Source of the DNA: an uncultured bacterium
GTDB lineage: Bacteria > Oederibacteriota > PGYV01 > CAWJRG01
Length of the DNA: 64,000 bases
Assembly: GCA_963845185.1 (NCBI GenBank)
Contig: CAWJRG010000005.1
Coordinates: forward strand, 256,001-320,000
Direction: 5' to 3'
The translations under genes were made by a program, and so were the position numbers. Below the pieces are notes generated by a model. That model was not told the origin of the DNA, searched no databases, and worked only from the letters and a program-made list of their open reading frames with translations. Shown here piece by piece: positions 55,776 to 64,000 of this stretch (the stretch's first letter is position 1; each line of letters starts with the position of its first letter).

Positions 55776-58700
55776 TCACTGCCCCGCTTGAATCACCGCG
55801 GACAGCTTCACTATTTTGGTCTTTTTGTTGCCCATATTATCCACGCCCTGCACGACGCATATATACGTTCCGCTCGATACTGTCTCTCCGCCTACGCTCT
55901 TAAAATCCCATGTTATGCTGGCAGCTGCAAGGTCGCCTATCAGTGTCCTTACCAGTTCACCTGCTATGTTGTATATTTTTATCTTTATTACGCCGCCAGC
56001 GTTTGGTTGCCATGTGAATTTAACAGGCGTTGACGTGTCGCCTATATACGGGTTGGGCAGCATTTTTATGGTCCCTAGCATGTCGGTGTTTCCTTCGTTC
56101 AATAAGGTGACCGCCTTGCTTATCCTTGAAGTTAAGCCCTGGTTTGTCTTTACCACAATCTGTATCTCATAAACCCCGCTCTGCACATAGTCTCCCAGCG
56201 AATTTTGCCCGTTCCATGTCAGCGGAGGATTTGCAGAATCATAATTAATTACTATCGGCGGCGCCCCCTTGCCTACCGGGAATACGTCGTTGCTGCCGTT
56301 AACGTTGCTCAGGTTGAGCGATACCTGGCTTGTGCCGTTATACGGTCCTGATATTGTCTGCACAAGCTCTCCCGCGCTGTTGAATATATTTACCTGCACA
56401 TACTGGGTCTCGCTGATAGTTGTTATCTGCTTTATTATTATATTGGTATGCCCGTACTGGTCTGTTGTAGTTTCCTTTATGTAATATACCCCGTCTGCCA
56501 CGGTCTGGCCCGCGCTGGTTGTCCCGTCCCACGAATACTGCGCGTATCCGTTTTTCTGCTGGTCAGGAGTCTCAAGTCCCGGAACCTTTATCGTAAGCAG
56601 CGTGCCTGAGCCGGGCGACATTACCCCTGTCGGGGTGTTGTTCAGGAGCAACTGCACATCCTGCGCTTCCTGCGACGTAGTAGTATTTACTATGGTTTTT
56701 ACAAGCTCTCCAGCCTCATTATATACGCTTATATTCATAACATACGGGAAAGGAACAGGCGTTATTGTTATTGTGGGCGACTGCGTACCGGTTTCCGTAA
56801 ATGTTATTGACGGAGTCATGGTGCTTGTCTGAGAGAATGTTACTGTAAGCGTATTTGTGTATGACACGGTTACGGTATATGTCGCTGTCGCGGATGCGGA
56901 AGCAGTCGAGGTCAATGTGCGCGTCAGCGTGTATGTGTATGTCGGCGTACTTGTTACTGTATAAGTGCGAGTGTCTGTGACCGTGTATGTAGGCGACAGC
57001 GTGTCTGTTACTGTCGGAGTCGGCGTCAGTGTCATTGTATCTGTCAATGTCGGAGTGTCGGTAACCGTGCATGTAGGCGTATCTGTATTGGTAATTGTGC
57101 GGGTCGATGTAAGCGTCAATGTCTCGGTGAATGTCGGCGTATTCGTGTAAGTGTATGTCGGCGACAGCGTATTGGTCACGGTCGGTGAGTCTGTTTGTGT
57201 GCTTGTTTCGGTAAATGTCGCGGTATCTGTGCGCGTGGGTGTAGATGTCATTGTATCGGTTTCTGTCGGTGTCACTGTCCATGTGTCTGACGGCGTTATT
57301 GTGTTTGACTGTGTTACCGTGTCCGTAAAAGTGCTTGTCACCGTGAATGTCGGCGTGCATGTAGCCGTATCGCTCGGCGACAATGTGTCCGTCACTGTCG
57401 GCGTGTTTGTAAATGTACTTGTCTCCGTGAATGTGGGTGTATATGTCTTAGTATTTGTAAGCGTGCTGGTTTCAGTTGACGTAGATGTAAATGTAGCTAT
57501 GAAAGGCGTACCAGTCACTGTGGGCGTGTCTGTCTGCGTAAATGTCGGTGTCCACGTAGACGTGTTTGTCGGCGTGCCTGTGGGCGTAAATGTCGGTGTC
57601 CACGTAGACGTGTTCGTCGGGGTTCCCGTGGGCGTAAACGTAGGAGAAGCTGTGACCGTGTCCGTCTGCGTATATGTCGATGTATACGTCCTGGTTGCCG
57701 TCAATGTCGGCGTTATTGTGGCCGAGAATATTATCTGTGTGAATGTCATTGTTATCGTGTATGTCAGCGTCAGCGTGCTTGTGTACGTGCTTGTCTGCGT
57801 GTATGTGGGAGACGGCGAAGTTGTGTCTGTATATGTTGCTGTTGCCGTCGGCGTAGGCGTCAGCGTGCTTGTCAGCGTTAATGTATATGTCGACGTATAA
57901 GTCCTGGTTATGGTGTATGTCGGCGTGAATGTTGCGGACAGTATAACAACCGTGAATGTCATTGTTATGGTGTATGTCTGCGTTATGGTGCTCGTTACCG
58001 TCTGTGTAATCGTGTATGTAGCTGTATTTGTGGATGTATATGTCATTGTCTGCGTATATGTGGGAGTCGGCGATGTCGTGTCTGTGTATGTCGATGTTGC
58101 CGTCGGCGTAGGCGTCTGCGTACTTGTCAGTGTTAATGTATATGTAGACGTATAAGTCCTGGTTATGGTGTATGTCGGCGTGAATGTTGCGGACAGTATA
58201 ACAACCGTGAATGTCATTGTTATGGTGTATGTCTGCGTTATGGTGCTCGTTACCGTCTGTGTAATCGTGTATGTGGCTGTATTTGTGGACGTATATGTGA
58301 CTGTCTGCGTGTATGTGGGAGTCGGCGATGCTGTATTTGTGTATGTCGGCGTCGCAGTAGGTGTAGATGTTTTTGTATCAGTCGGTGTTATTGTATAAGT
58401 CGAGGTTAGCGTAGGCGTTGCCGTGAATGTCGGAGTAATGGTGGCCGAGAATATTATTGTCGTGAATGTCATTGTTATGGTATATGTCGGCGTTATCGTG
58501 GCTGTCACTGTCGGCGTCACTGTCATTGTGTCTGTATATGTGGATGTATATGTCACAGTACGCGTATAAGTGGGCGTCGGCGATGCTGTATCTGTGTATG
58601 TAGGCGTTGCCGTCGGCGTATACGTCAGAGTGTACGTCAGCGTTATTGTATCTGTTGGAGTATCTGTCCTGGTTATAGTATATGTAGGCGTAAATGTAGC

Positions 58701-61700
58701 CGATAATATCACAATAGTGAATGTCATTGTTATCGTATATGTTGGCGTTATTGTAGATGTGTCAGTAGGCGTCACTGTAACAGTATTCGTGTACGTGGAT
58801 GTGTATGTCACCGTGCGCGTGTATGTTGGAGTCGGCGATGCCGTATTTGTATATGTCGGTGTCGCCGTAGGCGTGTCGGTCAGCGTGAATGTGGGCGTGA
58901 ATGTCCTGGTAAATGTCACTGACACCGTGATTGTAAGGGTTGAAGTGAAAGTCGGCGTCGCTGTTACAGTATCGGTGAATGTGGATGTATATGTAACTGT
59001 CTGAGTGTAAGTAGGGGTTGGCGATGCTGTAATTGTATATGTAGGAGTATTCGTAGGCGTCGATGTTTTTGTATCCGTCAATGTCACGGTATATGTAGGG
59101 GTATTTGTAGGTGTTATAGTAAATGTCGGCGTATATGTCGCGGACAGTATCACAATCGTGAATGTCATTGTTATCGTGTATGTAGGCGTTATTGTGGGCG
59201 TTGCTGTAGGTGTATAAGTCTTTGTGTCCGTGTTTGTGTATGTATATGTCACTGTATTAGTGTACGTGGGCGTCGGCGATGCCGTGTTTGTAAATGTAGG
59301 TGTAGCCGTAGGCGTATAAGTCAGCGTGAATGTAGGCGTATATGTCTTTGTAAAAGTCACTGACACTGTGATTGTCACCGTATCAGTGTACGTCGGCGTC
59401 GCTGTAACTGTAATAGTGTATGTGTATGTATATGTCACTGTCTGCGTGTATGTGGGCGTAGGCGATGCTGTATTTGTAAATGTCGGCGTATTTGTCGGCG
59501 TATAAGTCCGGGTGAATGTCGGCGTAAATGTATATGTATATGTCGGCGAAAGCGTGTTTGTGAATGTCGGCGTAGGTGTTGCCGTATTCGTAGATGTGTA
59601 TGTCGGCGTATATGTCCTGGTAAATGTCACGGTATTTGTATATGTCGATGTCAAAGTCACTGTAATAGTGTATGTGTATGTATATGTCACGGTCTGCGTG
59701 TATGTGGGCGTCGGTGTTGTAGTGTTTGTGAATGTAAGCGTCGCCGTGGGCGTATCAGTCAGTGTATAAGTAGGCGTATAAGTCCTGGTATATGTAACGG
59801 ACACTGTAATTGTAACGGTATAAGTGTATGTCGGCGTAGGGGTTATGGTTATAGTATCCGTGTATGTGTATGTAACTGTGCGCGTGTATGTCGGCGTAGG
59901 CGTAGTTGTGTCTGTAAACGTAGACGTCGGCGTAGGCGTGTCGGTAAGCGTGTATGTAGGCGTATCTGTCTTGCTGACTGTCTGGGTCACTGTATTTGTC
60001 ACGGTCAGAGTATAAGTCGGCGTCGGAGTAACTGTAATAGTGTCTGTGAATGTATATGTAACTGTCACCGTGTACGTATATGTCGGCGTATATGTCTTTG
60101 TATATGTAGGCGTAGGCGTGAATGTAAATGTAGGCGTGCTTGTATCTGTGTATGTCGGCGACAGCGTGTTTGTAAGTGTATATGTGTATGTCGGTGTGTC
60201 ACTCCTGGTGTATGTCGGAGTGGGCGTCATTGTGTATGTCGGCGACAGAGTGTTTGTGAGTGTGGGAGTCGAAGTATATGTAACTGTTTTCGTAAATGTG
60301 TATGTCGGTGTTATTGTGAAAGTCGGCGACGAGCACTGGTCTGACAGAAGCACCGTGGATACAGGCGATGGCAGGCCGTTCCATCCGAGCGAAACGTTAT
60401 TGTGCCAGTTGCATGTGTTGTTTGACTGGGCATTGTCAAGGGCCATTACCCACGTAAAGCATCCAGTAAACCCTGTGGGTGTCGGCACCAACACAAATGT
60501 GGTCCAATATTGGCTCGGGGAGCCAACGCTGGCTGTCAGGGAATATATACCATTGCCTGCCGGTTGTATGTTATACGGGGTATTATACTGCCACTGGTCT
60601 CCCGGAGAGCTCGACCAGTCGTCATAAACAGTAAAATTCTGCATTATCGCGCCGCTGTTGTTGCATACCACAATGGTAAATGACAGCTGGTCTGTTTTTA
60701 CTATATTTGTGGTTTTGCTGGATGTTTTGGATATTGTAAATGCAGGAGTGGATGTTGGCGTGACCGTGGGTGTCGGCGATATGCAATTTACGTTAAATAC
60801 AACCGGGTTTGAGTATACTGTCGCAGGACCGCCTGCCCCCGTGCCTGATATGCCTGCCGTGTTTGTAAAGCTCTGGTTGCAGGCTGATGTCGATGCCCAC
60901 CACGTATATGACCCGCTCTGGTCGCTGATATTGCCGAGGCTCCAGTTTAACATACTGCCTGACAATGTCCCGGCCGGGTTTGAACTCTGGTATGTCAATC
61001 CAGTGGGTATTGTGTCAAACAATACAGTGTTTGCCGAAACCCTGGTGTTGTAAGTCATAAAATTATTGTATGAATCCTGCGTTGTGCCGTCCTGGTCATT
61101 TCCCTGCTCGCCCACGCCCGGCCTCCAGTCAGAGTTTGTTCCGCCGTGGTCAGGGCATTCCCAGTTTGTATTTGACTGGTCAGCGGCAGGCGCGGTCCAA
61201 TTTAGCTGAAATGCTGTTGGCTCTGCTGTGCCCACCTGCCATATCTTTGCCGCAAAAGTAAATCCGTTTCCGCTTATTTGTATTTTTACCCTGTACCATG
61301 TATTGCCTGTTATTACAAGTGTTGCAGGGTCAACATAAGTTGGCCATGAGCATGTCCCGCCTCCGCATTCCTGTACTCCCACATACCCGCCCGCAGGCGC
61401 TGTATCAATCGACAGCAGCAAAGAATATGCGTAACCGGCGTTTCCTGTCAGCCCGTTGCTTCGCATTACTATTAAGGCGTCAGATCCGGAATAAGAGCCC
61501 GGATTTATCATTACATCTGATTCTATGATTCCTGAGTCGCACATTTGTGCGTTTGCCTCGTTGGCAGGGTCGTCTAAAAGCAAGTCAGGATAAACCGATG
61601 TCCCGGTTACGCTGCCTGTCATTATCCTGTCTCCTGTGTTACAGGCGTCGCTTATTGTCCAAGTGCCGTTCTGGTTGTTTTGCGGCAGGAACTTCCATCC

Positions 61701-62831
61701 GCTCGGAGCAGTAGTGCTTGATGACCCGTTTGCATCGTCGTCAAACATCCTTATTTCCTTAAGCACGTCTCCGTTTATCTGATAATTAAGGTAATATGTT
61801 ATTGTCACTGACGCGCTCGGCAGTTTCAGGAATGAATTAATGCTTTCTGATTTTTGCAGGGACAGGGCAACTGTGCCCACTGTGAGGTTCGCCGTGGAGT
61901 TGGATGTTGCCGAACCGTTTGTACCTGTGACAGTGTTCGTTATAACTGTGCCTGTTGCTATTGCGCATGTCATCTGCAGCAGGATCCAGACCGTACCTGA
62001 CTTGGTGTAGGTCGTGCTCGGCATAGTCCATGACACTGTGCCTGAAGTTGAGCCAAGCGCAGGTGCGGTTACCGAACCCGTGCTTGGCGCTGGGTTCGGG
62101 CCGTAATCAACAAGCGCGAGGCAACCTCCACCGGGTATCGGGTCTGTTATTGTGGCAGCGCCGTTGCCGTATGTGTAATCAACAGAATAAAGGACTTTGT
62201 CTCCTACAAGCGCGAGCGTGCCCTGCACATTCTTATGCACGGTTACTGACTGCGCCGGCGTCGGAAGAGACCAGTTTAAGGAAGTAATATCGCATGCTGC
62301 CATGCCCTGGCCCCAGTTCTGCATATTATTATTTTCATAAGCAGCATAAAGGTATAAGGTTGATGCACCGCACCCGGATGCTCCCATATCAGTAGCCTGC
62401 GGCATTGTAAGCGTATACTGGACTGATACCGTTTCACCGCTTGTCGAGCCGCCGCATTCTGTGCAGTTCGGCGTAAAAGGGCTTGGAATGGAAACAGGCA
62501 GGCCCATCTGGCAGTTGTTCGGGCAAGGGTTCGCAGAATGCACATCGACGCCAAGCACGCTTACCAGGAATACCTGGCCGCCTGTGTTTTCAACCTGCGG
62601 CGTATTATGCGTGCTTACAGCTATGGCAAAGTCTCCGGCATTATACTGGTCAACGCAGTATGTGGCATAAACATTGAACTGCTGTCCCCATCCGGGGTTT
62701 GTGGGATTCATGGTCAATGAAACCATTCCGTCGGCTTTTATTATGGAAGGAATCAATAGAATTGATAAAATTATAAGGCACAAAGTGCCGCTTTTGAATG
62801 CTTTAGGCGTTTTACTCAATAACTTTTTCAT
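55776..62831 (-). CDS. Giant secreted Thr-x-Thr repeat surface protein, subtype B (2351 aa)
   Basis: Start moved to ATG 62831: [11 protein letters not shown] aligns with [11 protein letters not shown] of the paralog, and TTG 62888 lies inside the promoter. Same architecture as the family. Confidence 0.9.
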   Translation of the reverse strand: MKKLLSKTPKAFKSGTLCLIILSILLIPSIIKADGMVSLTMNPTNPGWGQQFNVYATYCVDQYNAGDFAIAVSTHNTPQVENTGGQVFLVSVLGVDVHSANPCPNNCQMGLPVSIPSPFTPNCTECGGSTSGETVSVQYTLTMPQATDMGASGCGASTLYLYAAYENNNMQNWGQGMAACDITSLNWSLPTPAQSVTVHKNVQGTLALVGDKVLYSVDYTYGNGAATITDPIPGGGCLALVDYGPNPAPSTGSVTAPALGSTSGTVSWTMPSTTYTKSGTVWILLQMTCAIATGTVITNTVTGTNGSATSNSTANLTVGTVALSLQKSESINSFLKLPSASVTITYYLNYQINGDVLKEIRMFDDDANGSSSTTAPSGWKFLPQNNQNGTWTISDACNTGDRIMTGSVTGTSVYPDLLLDDPANEANAQMCDSGIIESDVMINPGSYSGSDALIVMRSNGLTGNAGYAYSLLLSIDTAPAGGYVGVQECGGGTCSWPTYVDPATLVITGNTWYRVKIQISGNGFTFAAKIWQVGTAEPTAFQLNWTAPAADQSNTNWECPDHGGTNSDWRPGVGEQGNDQDGTTQDSYNNFMTYNTRVSANTVLFDTIPTGLTYQSSNPAGTLSGSMLNWSLGNISDQSGSYTWWASTSACNQSFTNTAGISGTGAGGPATVYSNPVVFNVNCISPTPTVTPTSTPAFTISKTSSKTTNIVKTDQLSFTIVVCNNSGAIMQNFTVYDDWSSSPGDQWQYNTPYNIQPAGNGIYSLTASVGSPSQYWTTFVLVPTPTGFTGCFTWVMALDNAQSNNTCNWHNNVSLGWNGLPSPVSTVLLSDQCSSPTFTITPTYTFTKTVTYTSTPTLTNTLSPTYTMTPTPTYTRSDTPTYTYTLTNTLSPTYTDTSTPTFTFTPTPTYTKTYTPTYTYTVTVTYTFTDTITVTPTPTYTLTVTNTVTQTVSKTDTPTYTLTDTPTPTSTFTDTTTPTPTYTRTVTYTYTDTITITPTPTYTYTVTITVSVTYTRTYTPTYTLTDTPTATLTFTNTTTPTPTYTQTVTYTYTYTITVTLTSTYTNTVTFTRTYTPTYTSTNTATPTPTFTNTLSPTYTYTFTPTFTRTYTPTNTPTFTNTASPTPTYTQTVTYTYTYTITVTATPTYTDTVTITVSVTFTKTYTPTFTLTYTPTATPTFTNTASPTPTYTNTVTYTYTNTDTKTYTPTATPTITPTYTITMTFTIVILSATYTPTFTITPTNTPTYTVTLTDTKTSTPTNTPTYTITASPTPTYTQTVTYTSTFTDTVTATPTFTSTLTITVSVTFTRTFTPTFTLTDTPTATPTYTNTASPTPTYTRTVTYTSTYTNTVTVTPTDTSTITPTYTITMTFTIVILSATFTPTYTITRTDTPTDTITLTYTLTYTPTATPTYTDTASPTPTYTRTVTYTSTYTDTMTVTPTVTATITPTYTITMTFTTIIFSATITPTFTATPTLTSTYTITPTDTKTSTPTATPTYTNTASPTPTYTQTVTYTSTNTATYTITQTVTSTITQTYTITMTFTVVILSATFTPTYTITRTYTSTYTLTLTSTQTPTPTATSTYTDTTSPTPTYTQTMTYTSTNTATYTITQTVTSTITQTYTITMTFTVVILSATFTPTYTITRTYTSTYTLTLTSTLTPTPTATATYTDTTSPSPTYTQTSTYTSTLTLTYTITMTFTQIIFSATITPTLTATRTYTSTYTQTDTVTASPTFTPTGTPTNTSTWTPTFTPTGTPTNTSTWTPTFTQTDTPTVTGTPFIATFTSTSTETSTLTNTKTYTPTFTETSTFTNTPTVTDTLSPSDTATCTPTFTVTSTFTDTVTQSNTITPSDTWTVTPTETDTMTSTPTRTDTATFTETSTQTDSPTVTNTLSPTYTYTNTPTFTETLTLTSTRTITNTDTPTCTVTDTPTLTDTMTLTPTPTVTDTLSPTYTVTDTRTYTVTSTPTYTYTLTRTLTSTASASATATYTVTVSYTNTLTVTFSQTSTMTPSITFTETGTQSPTITITPVPFPYVMNISVYNEAGELVKTIVNTTTSQEAQDVQLLLNNTPTGVMSPGSGTLLTIKVPGLETPDQQKNGYAQYSWDGTTSAGQTVADGVYYIKETTTDQYGHTNIIIKQITTISETQYVQVNIFNSAGELVQTISGPYNGTSQVSLNLSNVNGSNDVFPVGKGAPPIVINYDSANPPLTWNGQNSLGDYVQSGVYEIQIVVKTNQGLTSRISKAVTLLNEGNTDMLGTIKMLPNPYIGDTSTPVKFTWQPNAGGVIKIKIYNIAGELVRTLIGDLAAASITWDFKSVGGETVSSGTYICVVQGVDNMGNKKTKIVKLSAVIQAGQ

Positions 62832-62877
62832 CTTTAATCTCCGCCTTTTAAATCTCTTTTCCTTTGTTGACCTAATT

Positions 62878-62905
62878 TTAGACAACAATAACTGTCAAAA
62901 GTTTC
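62878..62905 (-). promoter_or_regulatory. ECF sigma-type promoter GAAACTT-N14-TGTCTAA
   Basis: 47 nt upstream of ATG 62831. Confidence 0.75.
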
Positions 62906-62962
62906 GCTAAAAATCAAATAATCTGTTCTACCCACTAAAATTACTTTCTATTAAGTGTAGTA

Positions 62963-62991
62963 ATTATACATAAAATATTGATTTACGTCAA
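62963..62991 (-). promoter_or_regulatory. sigma70 promoter TTGACG-N17-TATAAT
   Basis: Same boxes as 44076-44104 with a diverged spacer. Confidence 0.7.
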
Positions 62992-63078
62992 GTTTTTTAT
63001 AGATAAAATGATATGAATTTGAAGAGGTTTTGTCTATACATGCGTAGAAACAGAATTTTGTTCCATTTTTGTGTAAAT

Positions 63079-63109
63079 AAAAAGAGGCGGGCAAACAATC
63101 CCGCCTCTT
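63079..63109 (-). terminator. Intrinsic terminator after degP
   Basis: AAGAGGCGGG-N9-CCCGCCTCTT with a U tract on the minus strand. Confidence 0.8.
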
Positions 63110-63153
63110 CTCTATATGATGATACTATAATATTTAGATTTCTTTACCGGCTT

Positions 63154-64000
63154 TTATTTCACCGTAAACGCCAGGTATATCATGGCATTGCCGCGTTCAA
63201 TCAGTACGACCACATCCCTGCCTCTTTCTGTTTTGCCCTTTGTTGCCTTTTCAAAATCATCCGTATTTTTTATTTCAACGCCGTTGATTTCATGTATGAC
63301 ATCGCCTTTCATTACTCCCGCCTCGTCCGCCACAGAATTATCCGCAACGTCTATAACAACAACGCCTATTTTTGCGGTAATGCCGTATTGCTGCGCTATG
63401 TCCGGAGTTATGTCATTTACCGTCATGCCGAAAGTTTCCGCCCCTTCTTTTTGCGCCGGCTGCTCCATTGCCTCGGTCCCCTCGGGTTTCTTTTCGCCGA
63501 CTTTGACTGAAATGTCTTTTTCATCGCCGTTCCTGACTATTTTTATTTTCGCCTCGGTTCCCACGTCTGTGTCTGCTATCATTCCCTGCAGTTCCCTGTA
63601 GGATGCGACTTTTTTTCCTTCATATTCTGTAATCACGTCGCCCCTTTTCAGGCCTGCCTTGTCCGCAGGGGTCCCTTTAAATACCTGCGCTATCAGGACT
63701 CCTTCTTTTACCTTGAAGTGTTTTGCCAGTTCAGGCGTAATTTCCTGTATACCCACGCCGAGCCATCCCCTTACAACCTTGCCTTGTTTTATGATGTCCG
63801 TGTAGATTTTTTTCGCCATGTTTACCGGTATTGCGAATCCCACGCCTTCATACCCGCCTGTGTTTGAGGCTATGGCGGAATTTATGCCGACGACTTCTCC
63901 GTTCAGGTTAATAAGCGGCCCGCCCGAGTTGCCCGGGTTAATGGCAGCGTCTGTCTGCAAAAAATTATCATACGGCCCTGCTCCTATTATCCTGCCTTTG
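63154..64000 (-). CDS. degP: HtrA/DegP (Do-type) serine protease, 3' part (runs off the right edge)
   Basis: Frame open to the edge ([29 protein letters not shown]); two PDZ domains (RGWLGV, FGMTV). Confidence 0.9.
   Translation of the reverse strand, partial: KGRIIGAGPYDNFLQTDAAINPGNSGGPLINLNGEVVGINSAIASNTGGYEGVGFAIPVNMAKKIYTDIIKQGKVVRGWLGVGIQEITPELAKHFKVKEGVLIAQVFKGTPADKAGLKRGDVITEYEGKKVASYRELQGMIADTDVGTEAKIKIVRNGDEKDISVKVGEKKPEGTEAMEQPAQKEGAETFGMTVNDITPDIAQQYGITAKIGVVVIDVADNSVADEAGVMKGDVIHEINGVEIKNTDDFEKATKGKTERGRDVVVLIERGNAMIYLAFTVK

Noticed and set aside
31965..60627. Many long Val-rich plus-strand ORFs (e.g. 31965..33470, 38929..39759, 57151..57900, also 25042..26166)
   Set aside because: Antisense shadows of the ACN-rich Thr repeats, which seldom give stops on the other strand; no RBS or domain signal.
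62832..62888. N-terminal extension of the 2370-aa ORF from TTG 62888
   Set aside because: Lies inside the ECF promoter; the paralog start aligns with ATG 62831.

Overview
Bacterial chromosomal window of moderate GC. The organism is probably diderm (outer-membrane barrel, PorV-like and GT9 genes), but the lineage cannot be fixed from sequence alone. Almost every gene is on the minus strand. The left part (1-15 kb) is mostly housekeeping: htpX, lemA, an ABC exporter, DUF2156, purM, pheA, rluB, scpAB, trpS, a site-2 protease and a GT9. The rest is a cell-surface locus: two PorV-like barrels, another barrel, an FG-GAP protein with a T9SS-like C-terminal domain (CTD), a DPM1-like GT2, and a tandem family of secreted proteins of 0.8-2.35 kaa (Cys-rich tip, DUF11-like domains, lectin-like insert, Thr-x-Thr stalk, FlgD/CTD tail). 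Two TMEM260/DUF2723-like protein glycosyltransferases and a CBS-GGDEF cyclase sit inside that array, and degP follows at the right edge. Signals outside the ORF track: (i) an identically spaced ECF-sigma-type promoter G(A/G)AACTT-N14-TGTCTAA before all four giant genes and before a candidate hairpin sRNA at about 812-878; (ii) a ~70-bp two-hairpin mini-element in five copies with covarying stems, each inside a REP-like palindrome, with an empty allele in the window; (iii) a 2-nt deletion splitting one giant gene; (iv) CTD-tail remnants behind both DUF2723 genes. I saw no rRNA, tRNA, CRISPR array or transposase. All family assignments come from motif recognition, not database searches.
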